DNA of 64,000 bases from a virus (taxonomy: Duplodnaviria > Heunggongvirae > Uroviricota > Caudoviricetes). Shown in pieces: positions 1 to 9,298 of the stretch. The translations under genes and the position numbers were made by a program. Each line of letters opens with the position of its first letter. Within the stretch, counting starts at the first letter, position 1. The notes under the pieces were generated by a model. The model had not been told where the DNA came from. It ran no database searches and was given only the letters and a program-made list of their open reading frames with translations. The DNA lies in IMG/VR virus record IMGVR_UViG_3300010383_000113, positions 101,830-165,829 of that record; one strand, given 5' to 3'.

Positions 1-228
1 CGGCCGGCCCCATGCAGAAGACGAGCTGATTCCTCGGATTTCGGATGGTCTCCAGGTAGGCCTGCTGGCCCGCCGTCTTGGGCATCACCCTTCGGATGAC
101 GTTGGTTTCCTTGCCGCCGCTGACCGTCTTCACCGCGTCAACGCCATCGAGATCGTCGAACAGATTCATGGGACCATCCCTCTGAGGGGGGATTCGGGGA
201 CTGCGACGCCACCCTTGTTTACACCCGA

Positions 229-714
229 TCAATTAAGCGACCAGACCTCGACGACGACGTCTCGGCCCGCCATGCAGGAGCTTAGGATGGACAGGATTTC
301 CGGCCATTCGCCGCCGCCCAGGCCCGCCCCGATTCGCGGCATCGCGATGCCGATCTTCTCTTCATTGCCGCTGTTGTAGTTGCCCAGGAAGTCCAGCAGA
401 CAGGTGAAGGAGTGCCGGACGGCTTCGTAGTCGACGTATCGGACGCCGGGCTTGCGGCCGTAGCCCTGCTGGGTCGCCATGTTGACGACGGCCTTGATGT
501 GCTCGCCGGGATTCCGAAGGCTGACGAGCTGAATCTGGCCTAGACGCCAGCCTTCGGCCCCATGCTGTTCCAGATAGGCCTTGCGGACCTCGGGGAAGAT
601 CCTGGCGATCTGGCCGGCGATACCGCTGCCGAATCCTCCCGAGCAGTTGACGCCGTGGGCGATGATCGCCTGGGTCGTGGAGAAGAGGTCGCCCTTCTTT
701 ATGATGATGGGCAT
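229..714 (-). CDS. macro domain protein (ADP-ribose binding/processing, MacroD-like)
   Basis: 161 aa; AHGVNCSGGFGSGIAGQIA and G-rich loops typical of macro domains; compact ORF. Confidence 0.6.
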   Translation of the reverse strand: MPIIIKKGDLFSTTQAIIAHGVNCSGGFGSGIAGQIARIFPEVRKAYLEQHGAEGWRLGQIQLVSLRNPGEHIKAVVNMATQQGYGRKPGVRYVDYEAVRHSFTCLLDFLGNYNSGNEEKIGIAMPRIGAGLGGGEWPEILSILSSCMAGRDVVVEVWSLN

Positions 715-1169
715 CAGGACTCGCCGCCCGACACATTCTTGAACAAGGCTTCCTTGCCGATCCGCTTCTTCAGAACAGCCTCGATAGAGGAGTTGATCTC
801 GTCAACAAGAGTCTCATGAATGGCGTTGATCACCACTCCCACCTCGGCGATCAAATCTTCTTTAAGAGATCGAATCACCTCACTTCCGCACAAGGAGATC
901 TTGATTGGATCAGCCTTCTTGCCGGCGTCGGACGCGGGAACTCCACAGAAGGCCTTGCCCTTCAGTGTGTCGGACGAATACTCGACCTCGAAACCCAACT
1001 CGCCCATGTACTGAGTCTCGGCCTGCATGTAGTCCGAGTAGGCCTTCTTGACGACTTCGACGAGCTTCTGGCCGTCGTGGGCGACCCCGGTCAAGGCAAG
1101 GGTGCGGGCGGCCAGGGACAGGTTCTCGAACTTCTCTCGCAGGTCGTTGATGTGCTGGGCACGATTCAT
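714..1169 (-). CDS. hypothetical protein
   Basis: likely real start MNRAQHINDL (ATG about 1167-1169) forming an ATGA overlap with the upstream ORF; the ORF-track N-terminal extension to 1565 is GC-rich run-through. Confidence 0.4.
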   Translation of the reverse strand: MNRAQHINDLREKFENLSLAARTLALTGVAHDGQKLVEVVKKAYSDYMQAETQYMGELGFEVEYSSDTLKGKAFCGVPASDAGKKADPIKISLCGSEVIRSLKEDLIAEVGVVINAIHETLVDEINSSIEAVLKKRIGKEALFKNVSGGES

Positions 1170-1525
1170 CGTTGATCCATGTCCTCGACGGTTTTGATGA
1201 TGTCCATCAGGTGGTGGGTCTGGAGCAGGGAGAGGAAGTCCCGGACCTGGGCCAGCCGTTCGTCCTTGGGGTCTTCGAGCGTGGCCAGGTAGGCGTCGAC
1301 GAAGGGCCCGACGTAGGCCTTGAGGTGCCGCTGGTAGAGGCTGAGGAGGAACTCGATCACCACGCGGGTCATGATCGGCACGTTGACCCCCATGATGAGG
1401 GGCCAGAGGGGCCTGACGACGATCCGCTTGACCATCGGGTACTGGCCCAGCACGTCCTCCTTGCAGACTTCCATGGCCGCCCGGACCTTGGGGGCGATCC
1501 GCTCGGCGAGATCTCGCGATGTCAT
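1166..1525 (-). CDS. hypothetical protein
   Basis: 119 aa ORF; ATG at 1523-1525 preceded about 30 nt upstream by the GC-rich motif and a TATAAT box. Confidence 0.45.
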   Translation of the reverse strand: MTSRDLAERIAPKVRAAMEVCKEDVLGQYPMVKRIVVRPLWPLIMGVNVPIMTRVVIEFLLSLYQRHLKAYVGPFVDAYLATLEDPKDERLAQVRDFLSLLQTHHLMDIIKTVEDMDQR

Positions 1526-1555
1526 GGGTCGGTCCTGAAATGAGGAGGGGGCGGG

Positions 1556-1578
1556 AACCTCCCACCCCCTGCTACTCT
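1556..1578 (-). repeat. GC-rich genome-wide motif copy (mRNA sense GAGTAGCAGGGGGTGGGAGG) in the 5' leader
   Basis: plus cccaccccctgctactc; one of about 45 copies. Confidence 0.6.
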
Positions 1579-1587
1579 CCTATTCAC

Positions 1588-1619
1588 ATTATAGGATATC
1601 AAGCTTCGCAACTCTGACA
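1588..1619 (-). promoter_or_regulatory. putative promoter (minus strand: TGTCAG..N20..TATCCTATAAT) in the nrdA-downstream intergenic gap
   Basis: plus-strand attata at 1588-1593 is TATAAT on the minus strand; 33-nt noncoding gap. Confidence 0.3.
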
Positions 1620-3251
1620 GGCCAGCAGGCTCGCCCCCAACTCCTGGGCGGCGTTCACGCTGTACTGGTAGTAGAAAGACTTGATCCCCATCCGCCACCC
1701 CTCGATGTAGAGGGCGTTCACGTCCTTCACGGGCACCTTGGGATGGATCATGAGGTTGAGGGACTGGCCCTGGTCGATGAACTTCTGACGCTGGGCGGCC
1801 TGGACGACCACCTCACGCTGCGAGATCTCGGCGTACGTCTTGAAGACGGCCTTCTCCCGGTCGTCGAGGAAGTCGAGGTGCTGGACCCCGCCGAAGTTCT
1901 TGAGGATCGAATCCCAGACCTCGTCGGTGTTCCTGCCCTTCGACTCCAGGAGGGCTTCGAGCTGGCGGTTCTTGAGGGTGAACTTGCCCTTGGCCCGGTC
2001 CTGGACCTCGTAGTTGGTCCGATACGGCTCGACGCCCTGGGAGACCTGCCCCAGGATGAACGAGGAGGACTTCGTCGGGGCGACGGCCATCAGGGTCGTG
2101 TTGCGTCGGCCGTAGCCCTTCAGGACCTCGGGCTCCCCGAACATCTCCGCCAGCCTCGCCGAGGCGGCGTAGGCGTCGTCGCGGATGGCCCGGAACAGCT
2201 CGACGTTGAGGTACTTGGCCTCCATCGACTCGAAGGGGATCATGCGGAGTTGGAGCAGCGTGTGCCAGCCCATGACGCCGATGCCGAGGGCCCTGTGGCG
2301 TTCCGCGAAGCGGACGGCCCGTTCCATGTAGGGCAGGCCGCCGGCCTTCTCGATGAACTCCGACATCACGGCTTCGAGGACGAAAGTGGCCGTCTCGACG
2401 GCGTCCGTCCCCTTCCACTCGTCGTAGGTGGCGGCGTTCATGCTGAGGAGGTCGCAGACGAACGACTCATCGGGGCCGTCCGGCAGGAAGATCTCGGTGC
2501 AGAGGTTCGAGTGGGTGATCTTGAGTCCGGCGTCCTTGTAGGCGTCGACCGTGGCGTTGTTGGCGTTGTCCGTGAAGAACAGGTACGGATAGCCGACGTT
2601 GGCCCGGCTCGCCAGGACCTTGGCCCAGACCTTCCGCTTGTCAAGGTCCCCGGCGATCATGGACTCCATCCAGGCGTCGGAGATGGTGACGCCGAACGAG
2701 ATGTCCTGGATCGGCGAACCTTCGGACTTGATCGCCAGGAACTCTTCGATGTCTCCATGATCGATCGGAAGGTAGGCGGCGAAACTGCCACGCCGCGTGC
2801 TCCCCTGCGAGATGACGCCGACGAGGGTCTGGAACATCTGCATGAAGTGGACCGACCCGGACGATTTGCCGTTATCCCGGATGTCGCTCCCGCGTGGACG
2901 AACCTCGCCGAAGTAAGCCGACGTGCCGCCGCCGTACTTCGACATCATGCCCACCTCGGCGTGGGTCGACAGGATCGAGGAGACGGTGTCCTCGATATGG
3001 GAGCCGAAGCACGAGATCGGGAGGCCGCGATCCGTGCCGAAGTTCGACCAGATCGGCGACGAGAGCGAGAACCACCCCCGGGCGACGGCGTGCTCGACCC
3101 TGCCGGCCAGTCCGGGGACGCCGATCCGACGCTCGACCTCGCTGGCGATCACCCGCACGCGATCGGGCACGGTCGCCCCTTCCAGCAGGGCGAACGATTC
3201 GAGGAATTTACGCGACAGGTCGTTCAGCCAGACATACTCGGGCGGCGTCAT
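1599..3251 (-). CDS. nrdA: ribonucleoside-diphosphate reductase large subunit (class I)
   Basis: NLCTEI active-site motif, SPIWSNFGT, LGIGVMGWH, C-terminal CQSCEA cysteine pair; start MTPPEYVW (ATG about 3249-3251) overlaps nrdB stop; ORF-track N-terminal extension rejected. Confidence 0.8.
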   Translation of the reverse strand: MTPPEYVWLNDLSRKFLESFALLEGATVPDRVRVIASEVERRIGVPGLAGRVEHAVARGWFSLSSPIWSNFGTDRGLPISCFGSHIEDTVSSILSTHAEVGMMSKYGGGTSAYFGEVRPRGSDIRDNGKSSGSVHFMQMFQTLVGVISQGSTRRGSFAAYLPIDHGDIEEFLAIKSEGSPIQDISFGVTISDAWMESMIAGDLDKRKVWAKVLASRANVGYPYLFFTDNANNATVDAYKDAGLKITHSNLCTEIFLPDGPDESFVCDLLSMNAATYDEWKGTDAVETATFVLEAVMSEFIEKAGGLPYMERAVRFAERHRALGIGVMGWHTLLQLRMIPFESMEAKYLNVELFRAIRDDAYAASARLAEMFGEPEVLKGYGRRNTTLMAVAPTKSSSFILGQVSQGVEPYRTNYEVQDRAKGKFTLKNRQLEALLESKGRNTDEVWDSILKNFGGVQHLDFLDDREKAVFKTYAEISQREVVVQAAQRQKFIDQGQSLNLMIHPKVPVKDVNALYIEGWRMGIKSFYYQYSVNAAQELGASLLACQSCEA

Positions 3252-4225
3252 GCGAAGAGGTCCTCGGCGGTGTAGGATTGGACTTTCTTGGAGTAGGAGA
3301 CGGGCCGTTTGTGGAAGAAGTCCGTGTCCACCGTGGCGAGGATCTCGACGTTGAACCACTCCAGTTCCTTGAGGGCCTCGCGATCGACTTCGAACGCGGG
3401 ACGTCCCCCGATCATCTCCAAACTCTCGTTGAAGCGGTGCTTGATGAATTCCTTGAGCGTGGCCTTCGAGAGGCACTCCAGCTCGCCCTTCTCGAAGATC
3501 CAGTCGATGATGGCACACTCGGCGTCGTAGGCCTTCTTGCAGGCCCGCTGGAGCTTCTCGTAGAAGCCCTCGTGGAACCACTCGGGGCACTCGGCCTTGA
3601 TCTGCTTGATCAGCCACACGCCGAACAGGGCGTGGATCTGCTCCTCCTTGAGGGTGGCCTGGACGACGTTGTCCACGTCCTTGAGGAGGTTGTAGTATTT
3701 GTTGAAGCTCTTGATGACGGCGAACTGGCTGAAGAGGCTGACGTTCTCGATGAAGATGCTGAAGAGGGTCAGCGAGAGCGTGTAGTTCTCGTTCGAGTTG
3801 TCGGCCGCCCCCTTGAGATACTTCGTCAGGTAGTCGACCCTGTCCTGGATCACCGGGTTCTGGAGGAGCTGCTCGAACTCCCCGTTGAAGCCCAGGACCT
3901 CCAGGAGGTGGGAATAGGCGTCGGCGTGGCGGACCTCGCTCTCGCCGTAGCTGATGCCGACCTGTTCGATCTCGGCCTTTGGGAATCGGTCGCCGATCTT
4001 GGTCCAGAAACGCTTGACGCTGACCTCGATCTGCGAGATGGCGAGAAGGGTGTTCTTGATCGCGTTACGCTGGACGTCGTCGAGCTTGACGTGGAAGTCC
4101 TGCACGTCGCTGATGAAGTTCCACTCGCTGACGAGCCAATAGCTGTGGTTGATCGCGTTCTTGAACTCCACGGCCTCCGGATACTCGAAAGGCTTGAACG
4201 CGACCCGACGGTCGAAGATCCCCAA
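3248..4225 (-). CDS. nrdB: ribonucleoside-diphosphate reductase small subunit (class I)
   Basis: SEVRHADAYSHLL (E-x-x-H iron ligands), FIENVSLFSQFAV; C-terminal EDLF; apparent TTG start with GGGGTGGAG upstream. Confidence 0.8.
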   Translation of the reverse strand: MGIFDRRVAFKPFEYPEAVEFKNAINHSYWLVSEWNFISDVQDFHVKLDDVQRNAIKNTLLAISQIEVSVKRFWTKIGDRFPKAEIEQVGISYGESEVRHADAYSHLLEVLGFNGEFEQLLQNPVIQDRVDYLTKYLKGAADNSNENYTLSLTLFSIFIENVSLFSQFAVIKSFNKYYNLLKDVDNVVQATLKEEQIHALFGVWLIKQIKAECPEWFHEGFYEKLQRACKKAYDAECAIIDWIFEKGELECLSKATLKEFIKHRFNESLEMIGGRPAFEVDREALKELEWFNVEILATVDTDFFHKRPVSYSKKVQSYTAEDLFA

Positions 4226-4282
4226 CGCTCCACCCCGTAGACGAAAAAAGCCAGGACGGAGCCCGGCTGCTGACGAATGAAC

Positions 4283-4295
4283 CTATGAACTTATT
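4283..4295 (-). promoter_or_regulatory. putative -10 element CGTCCTACAAT upstream of nrdB
   Basis: member of the cgTCCTAyAAT family, in the 4226-4304 intergenic gap. Confidence 0.3.
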
Positions 4296-4304
4296 GTAGG
4301 ACGA

Positions 4305-4901
4305 CTAGGCGAGGAACCCGTGCCGCTTCAGGTCGCTGATGAAGTTTCGGTCGACAATCCAGCCGAGATCCGGCCTCGTCCGCCTAATAGTTACCCCGTA
4401 CTTCGCGACGATCTCGGCGAATCGAGCGTCCTCGTTCATGGCCGCGTCGGAGAAGCCGCGACGGTCCGCCATCACCCAGTCCAGGACGCCGTGCTCGGCC
4501 AGATAGAGGGCACAGTCCGAGCAGCACTGGCCCGTCACGTACGCCCTCGCCGTGCCCAGCGAACGCAGGTCCACCGTGCTGTTGTCCACGGCGTTGCGTT
4601 CCGAATGGGATATCAGCGAATAGAGCTTGGGTTTGGTCGTCGCCAGGGCGAGGTCGTCGGACCCCGGAGCGAACCCGTTGTAGCCCGTCCCGAGGACGTG
4701 GTGCGTCGCCTTGTCCACGATGACGCAGCCGTGCTTGGTCGACAGGTCGGGGCTGCGACGCGAGGCCAGGAAGGCCAGGCCCATGAAGTAATCGTCCCAA
4801 CTAGGCCGGGAGAGAGTAGCAGGGAGGGCGGGACCAAGGCGGAAGCCGAAACGCCGGCCGAGGGACGCCAGGACGGCACGGAGATTACGCAGGATCGTCA
4901 C
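4305..4901 (-). CDS. dCMP deaminase (cytidine/deoxycytidylate deaminase family)
   Basis: PSWDDYFMGLAFLASRRS, HSERNA (H-x-E zinc motif), CCSDC; a GC-motif copy lies in the N-terminal codons. Confidence 0.7.
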   Translation of the reverse strand: MTILRNLRAVLASLGRRFGFRLGPALPATLSRPSWDDYFMGLAFLASRRSPDLSTKHGCVIVDKATHHVLGTGYNGFAPGSDDLALATTKPKLYSLISHSERNAVDNSTVDLRSLGTARAYVTGQCCSDCALYLAEHGVLDWVMADRRGFSDAAMNEDARFAEIVAKYGVTIRRTRPDLGWIVDRNFISDLKRHGFLA

Positions 4902-4906
4902 GGAAG

Positions 4907-5122
4907 TTATTTCCCATAGGAGAACATTCGGCGGTATTCTTCTTCCTCGGCGGCCGTCGGCTCGTAGGGGATCTTGTCGGGGTCGAGGTGGATGATCGAG
5001 TCGACTGGCGGCTCGTCATCTGGCTGGGGCGGACATGAAGATCCGCCGTAGATCGACCCACCCATCGAAAGCCAGTCTCGTAGAGAGACGACGGAAACGA
5101 ACGGCAACGGCTCAAGCAGCAT
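4907..5122 (-). CDS. hypothetical small protein
   Basis: 71 aa ORF in gene array. Confidence 0.3.
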   Translation of the reverse strand: MLLEPLPFVSVVSLRDWLSMGGSIYGGSSCPPQPDDEPPVDSIIHLDPDKIPYEPTAAEEEEYRRMFSYGK

Positions 5123-5126
5123 GGCT

Positions 5127-5471
5127 TTACCCTTCGGACTTGAGTTCTTCGACGCATGCCATGACGTCGCCCACCGTGAGGCTCCTCCCGAGGCCCAGGA
5201 CGGCCGCGTAGACCTCCTGGACGCTCAGGCCGCTGCCGGAGTCGGCCACGGCGTGCTTGACGATCCTGCGGACCTTCCAGCGGGCCAGGAGGCCGGGGTC
5301 GCGGCACTGCTCGACGGCCGACGCCGGGTACAACTGCCAGCACTCATAGGCCAGCAGGATGAGCTTCAGGATGGCGACCACCAGGACGACGTCGACCTGC
5401 TTGGGGGAATTCGAACCGCTGTCGGACGGAATCGACGCCAGGACTTGCGAGGCCAATCTTGTGATTGTCAT
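5127..5471 (-). CDS. hypothetical protein
   Basis: 114 aa ORF. Confidence 0.35.
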   Translation of the reverse strand: MTITRLASQVLASIPSDSGSNSPKQVDVVLVVAILKLILLAYECWQLYPASAVEQCRDPGLLARWKVRRIVKHAVADSGSGLSVQEVYAAVLGLGRSLTVGDVMACVEELKSEG

Positions 5472-6388
5472 TCAATCGCCACCTTAGTGCCCGGAATACA
5501 CCAGGACACATTGTCAGGAAAGAAACCACGGCTCAAATCTTTGCGTCTCAACCTAGCCTTGATATCAGGTGCATCTCCAACATCATTGAAAAACGCCATA
5601 ATGTCATCACGCCACGGTTGATGAACATCGATTCCGTTCTCTCGCGATCTCCTGAGCATCCCGTAGTAAGCGTGCCACTCCTTGGTATTCACTTTGTTGT
5701 GATCGGGCTTCAACAACAACGGCGTCGTCAGTGCCTCCTCGTCCGTCCAGCCATTCTTATGGCGGTTCCAGAGCACCTGATACGACACGCCGATTTCTTC
5801 CGCCCATTCCGACGCCGGCAGAGTCCTCCCGTTGTATGAGATGAACCAGGTGAGTTCTCTGTTGTTGGTGTTATCTCTCGGTGTTGACCAGGAGAGATTG
5901 TTCGGCATGCGGTTGGTCCGGCACCACTCGCAATCTCCGCAAGTATAAGATCCCGTATTGTCCCTCCGATCGATCTGATGCCGAGAGTCAGGTCTCGGAC
6001 CTACGACCTCAAGGAACTTGGCGAAGTCGTTTTTAATGCCGTCGCAAACCACCACGGGGATGGGAAGCCTTCCCCCATATCGATGGTAGGCATGGTGGTT
6101 GGGATTGCCACATCGTTCAAGGATCCCGTACCAAACTCCCCACTCCGGAGATTTTTCCTTACGTGTGGCATGTCCGTGTTTGGTATTTCGTCTGATCATC
6201 CTTTCCGACGTCAGGCACCCGCACGATCGAACATTTCCACGACGTAATTCACCGCCGGCCGACACATGCCAGGATTGCTTGGGGCAGGTACATCGACACA
6301 GCCAAACTCGATCGCCGTTCGACGCCCTGCCCCATTCTCTGACAACTTTCAGGCGGCCAAATTCGCGGCCGACCATCTCAATCATCAA
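5468..6388 (-). CDS. HNH homing endonuclease (HNH_3 type) with N-terminal DNA-binding domain
   Basis: HQIDRRDNTGSYTCGDCEWCRTNRMPNNLSWSTPRDNTNN (H-x-D..N..NL..N..N), NTKHGH..W..RC.NPN..Y..YGG; markedly lower GC than flanks. Confidence 0.65.
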   Translation of the reverse strand: MMIEMVGREFGRLKVVREWGRASNGDRVWLCRCTCPKQSWHVSAGGELRRGNVRSCGCLTSERMIRRNTKHGHATRKEKSPEWGVWYGILERCGNPNHHAYHRYGGRLPIPVVVCDGIKNDFAKFLEVVGPRPDSRHQIDRRDNTGSYTCGDCEWCRTNRMPNNLSWSTPRDNTNNRELTWFISYNGRTLPASEWAEEIGVSYQVLWNRHKNGWTDEEALTTPLLLKPDHNKVNTKEWHAYYGMLRRSRENGIDVHQPWRDDIMAFFNDVGDAPDIKARLRRKDLSRGFFPDNVSWCIPGTKVAIE

Positions 6389-6394
6389 GTTGCC

Positions 6395-7369
6395 TCACCA
6401 AAGATCGAAATGCGATCTGTCCAACTTCTGAGCCGGAAACCCATCAAACATACTGTAGACGAAGCTATCGCCCTGCTTGAGCATGGCGTCGATCGTCTCG
6501 GGACGTACCCGCAAGGTGCCCTTCGGCCAGAGGATCGTAGGATCGCGTAGGTCACGCAATTGTCCGTGAACGTCTCCCCAACTATTGAAGACGCACGCAT
6601 GCGGAGGAATGCCGTCGCCTCCGGTGTCGACGCCCAGGATGGCCATCTGATGGTTCCAGGTGCCCTGTGCCCTCATGAAGCCGGAAGAATCGGCGTTCAT
6701 TTGAAATCCGTAGTTGGATGCTACGGAAACGCCGTATCCATTCTTCACGGCGTCACAGCAGGCGTCCCATCCTGGAACAAGCGAAGAACTCTTGACAAGA
6801 TGCTTCTTACCCTCGGTGATGAAATTTGCCGGCGGACCACTGCCTCGGCCCCAGGACCTAGCCAAGGATCCGCTGTAAGGGGGCACGCCCTCACCATCGG
6901 CGGCCAAGGCTCCATACTGCAAGACGCCTCGACTCCCCCAGACGCCGAGCGACCCGTCCGTCAGTCCCAGACGAGTTCCTCCGATCTGGACGCGAGAAAT
7001 GCCGTAGAAGTATGGGGGAAAGGTGTCATGCCATTCGTAAAACTCGCCATTGAGGATCGGCAAGCACTGAGTCGCATTGATGGCGTTACGAATACCCCAA
7101 CTTACGCAGTCACCTATAGCTTGTGCAATGTTCGGCCAGTCTTTGCCACCACTGATCTTTCTGTAGAGTTCCCAGAGCATGACACGGGCGGGCTTCTCAC
7201 CCTGATCGCCCACGATACGGAACGTCGGAAACTCGTCACCCCAGAGATCGAAGGCCTGACGCAGCAGGTCCGGACGCTCCTGGCCGACGTATCCGCACAA
7301 CTCCTGGACCGGGAACGACCCGTGCTCATTGACGATGACGTCGGACATGGAAACGGCTCCCCTGTGCAT
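6395..7369 (-). CDS. papain-like (C1-type) cysteine peptidase-like protein
   Basis: Q..GDCVSWG (Cys), HQMAILGVD (His), NSWG (Asn) in papain order. Confidence 0.5.
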   Translation of the reverse strand: MHRGAVSMSDVIVNEHGSFPVQELCGYVGQERPDLLRQAFDLWGDEFPTFRIVGDQGEKPARVMLWELYRKISGGKDWPNIAQAIGDCVSWGIRNAINATQCLPILNGEFYEWHDTFPPYFYGISRVQIGGTRLGLTDGSLGVWGSRGVLQYGALAADGEGVPPYSGSLARSWGRGSGPPANFITEGKKHLVKSSSLVPGWDACCDAVKNGYGVSVASNYGFQMNADSSGFMRAQGTWNHQMAILGVDTGGDGIPPHACVFNSWGDVHGQLRDLRDPTILWPKGTLRVRPETIDAMLKQGDSFVYSMFDGFPAQKLDRSHFDLW

Positions 7370-7417
7370 AAAGGCGTGATTAGACCATCACACATAAATA
7401 CGCCGGGGAGCCGATCT

Positions 7418-8377
7418 TCACTTCTTGGGGATCGCGGCGAATCCCTTCGCGGCCTCGTCGGCGGCGGCCTTGAAATCCTCGGCCGTCCGACAGGTGCCGT
7501 TCTGGTAAAGGGTATAGAGATACCCGCTCATCGTCGACTTGAGGGTCTCGATCTTGGAGGTCGGCACCCCGCTGGAGGCCAGGTTGTCGTTCGCGAGGGT
7601 CTTGGCCGTCTGCAAGATCGTGTTCACGTCCCGCATCTGCGAGAGGGCCGCGATCTGAGACGAGACGGTCTCGTAGGTGACCTTCAACGCCTGCGAGACC
7701 TTGTATTTCTCCTCGCCGGTCAGGCCCTCATAGGTTTTCATGTAGTCGTAGAGCATCTTGGAGATGCCGTACTTGCCCGGATCGAAGGTCGGCTCGGGAT
7801 CCGGCTTGGGGGTCGGAGGGTCCGGATTCGGCGGCGTCGGCGGGGGCGGATTCGGGACGTCCGGCTCGGGCTTCGCCCCGCCCCCCACCTTGATCGTCTT
7901 GACGGAGATCTCGGGGCTGTCGATCTCGGGGTTGACGAGGGCCGACTTCCCTTCGACGGTCTGCTGGGTGCCGAAAAGGCAGTCGACGTCGAGGAAGACG
8001 TTGTAGGTGGCCGGCTTCATCCCGGCCGCGAAGAACAGCTTGGAGCCGTCCGGCCAGACGATGACGTTGTCCTTGGGCTTGCCGTCCTGGACCACGGTCC
8101 ACTGGAACTTGACCTGGACGAGGCCCTCGGGGAACTTCGTCCGGTCGAGGTTGGCCGACACGACGATCATCTCGCCGGGGTCAACCTCCTCCTGGCTGAC
8201 GATGTCGACGGTGGGCAGCACGTAGGTGGAGCCGCGAAGTTCGACGGCGTCGATGCCCTGGGCCTTGAGGATCCGGGCGGCCTCGGCCTTGGAGCCCTTG
8301 ACCTCCAGGATGGTCTTGGGGGCGTCCTGGAAGCCGACGACGCCGAGGCAGAGGACGAGGCTGAAGATCGAGTTCAT
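7418..8377 (-). CDS. secreted protein with proline-rich linker
   Basis: N-terminal signal peptide MNSIFSLVLCLGVVGF; PNPPPPTPPNPDPPTPKPDPEP linker. Confidence 0.5.
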   Translation of the reverse strand: MNSIFSLVLCLGVVGFQDAPKTILEVKGSKAEAARILKAQGIDAVELRGSTYVLPTVDIVSQEEVDPGEMIVVSANLDRTKFPEGLVQVKFQWTVVQDGKPKDNVIVWPDGSKLFFAAGMKPATYNVFLDVDCLFGTQQTVEGKSALVNPEIDSPEISVKTIKVGGGAKPEPDVPNPPPPTPPNPDPPTPKPDPEPTFDPGKYGISKMLYDYMKTYEGLTGEEKYKVSQALKVTYETVSSQIAALSQMRDVNTILQTAKTLANDNLASSGVPTSKIETLKSTMSGYLYTLYQNGTCRTAEDFKAAADEAAKGFAAIPKK

Positions 8378-8392
8378 GGGGTCCTTTCGGAA

Positions 8393-8764
8393 TTATTCGT
8401 CGGGAGTTTCGCCGTCTTCGCCCACCCCCTGCTCCTCTTCGGCCTCGGCCGTCTGGGGAGCAGCAGGGAGGGCGGGTTCGTCGACGGCCGTTTCGGCGGA
8501 GGCGGGGTCTTCGGTCGACTCAAGCTTGTCGATGTCGGCCTGGATGTCGGCGAGAGAAGGCCCGGGGACGATATCGGTCAGGTCGACCTCCTCGGCGGGG
8601 ACCTCGACCGTCTCGACCAGTAGTTCGTCGGCGTCGGTTTCGGGCGAGGGCACCAGGTTCTCGAAGAAGGTCGGCGGCAGGACGAGGTTGACCTGGCCGG
8701 TGTAGACGGGGGGCGTGTCGAGGACGTTCTCGGGCTTGGCGGGGTCGATGGGCTGGCTGGACAT
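8393..8764 (-). CDS. acidic hypothetical protein
   Basis: 123 aa, highly acidic; C-terminus EEEQGVGEDGETPDE encoded by an inverted pair of GC-motif copies. Confidence 0.45.
   Translation of the reverse strand: MSSQPIDPAKPENVLDTPPVYTGQVNLVLPPTFFENLVPSPETDADELLVETVEVPAEEVDLTDIVPGPSLADIQADIDKLESTEDPASAETAVDEPALPAAPQTAEAEEEQGVGEDGETPDE
8421..8476. repeat. inverted pair of GC-rich motif copies (CCCACCCCCTGCTCC..N19..GGAGCAGCAGGGAGGGCGGG)
   Basis: direct reading; lies inside coding sequence. Confidence 0.6.
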
Positions 8765-9240
8765 CAGCAGAACTCCTGGAATTGTCGGTCGGCTTTCTTC
8801 TTCATCTTGGCCATCGCGGCGTGGTAGACGCCTGCGGCCTCCTCGGGACTCATGGACAGGGCCTCGCCGATCCGCTTGAAGGTCATGTCGTCCCGGAATC
8901 GCATGTCGACGACGGCACGTTCGCGGTCGTCCAGATGGGCCAGGAGCCGGCCCGCCACCTCCTGGGCGTCGAGCCGGGCCTCCAGGTCCTCGAACGGCCG
9001 GGATTCGACCGGCCCCGGCGGGGCCTCCCTGACCTTCCGCATGAGCCGACGCTTCCGGAACTCGGTCCGCTGATGCGTGATCATCATGCGGCGGACGCTG
9101 AAGTACAGCGACGTGACGAATTTCCGGCGGCTGTCGGGCTTGTGGCCGATCAGGGTCTTCATGAGGGCGATGCGTCGGATCTGCTCGCCCTCCTCATGGG
9201 TGATATAGGGCACGAAGGGCAGGCACGCCCTCGCCATCAT
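8764..9240 (-). CDS. ECF-type sigma-70 family sigma factor
   Basis: region 4 LDDRERAVVDMRFRDDMTFKRIGEALSMS; region 2-like IRRIALMKTL..FVTSLYFSVRRMMI. Confidence 0.65.
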   Translation of the reverse strand: MMARACLPFVPYITHEEGEQIRRIALMKTLIGHKPDSRRKFVTSLYFSVRRMMITHQRTEFRKRRLMRKVREAPPGPVESRPFEDLEARLDAQEVAGRLLAHLDDRERAVVDMRFRDDMTFKRIGEALSMSPEEAAGVYHAAMAKMKKKADRQFQEFC

Positions 9241-9298
9241 CTTGACGTTGTTGGGATTCTTCCAAGCGGCCTCGAAAGCCTCGTCCGTGATTCGGGCC

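Noticed and set aside
1743-3275. Long plus-strand ORFs (1743..3275, 2894..4240, 6560..8623, 9411..10916, 13370..15259, 25617..26810 and similar) overlapping the minus-strand genes
   Set aside because: They lie antisense to genes with clear conserved-domain signatures, are low-complexity Arg/Gly/Pro/Asp-rich, and are the expected stop-poor antisense frames of GC-rich coding DNA.
1599-3617. N-terminal extensions of many ORF-track ORFs (e.g. 1599..3617, 16101..16976, 21803..23128, 23781..24500, 58365..59657)
   Set aside because: The extensions overlap the upstream gene in another frame, are compositionally junk, and a conserved-motif-bearing internal ATG or GTG gives a start with ATGA or TAATG coupling to the neighbour.
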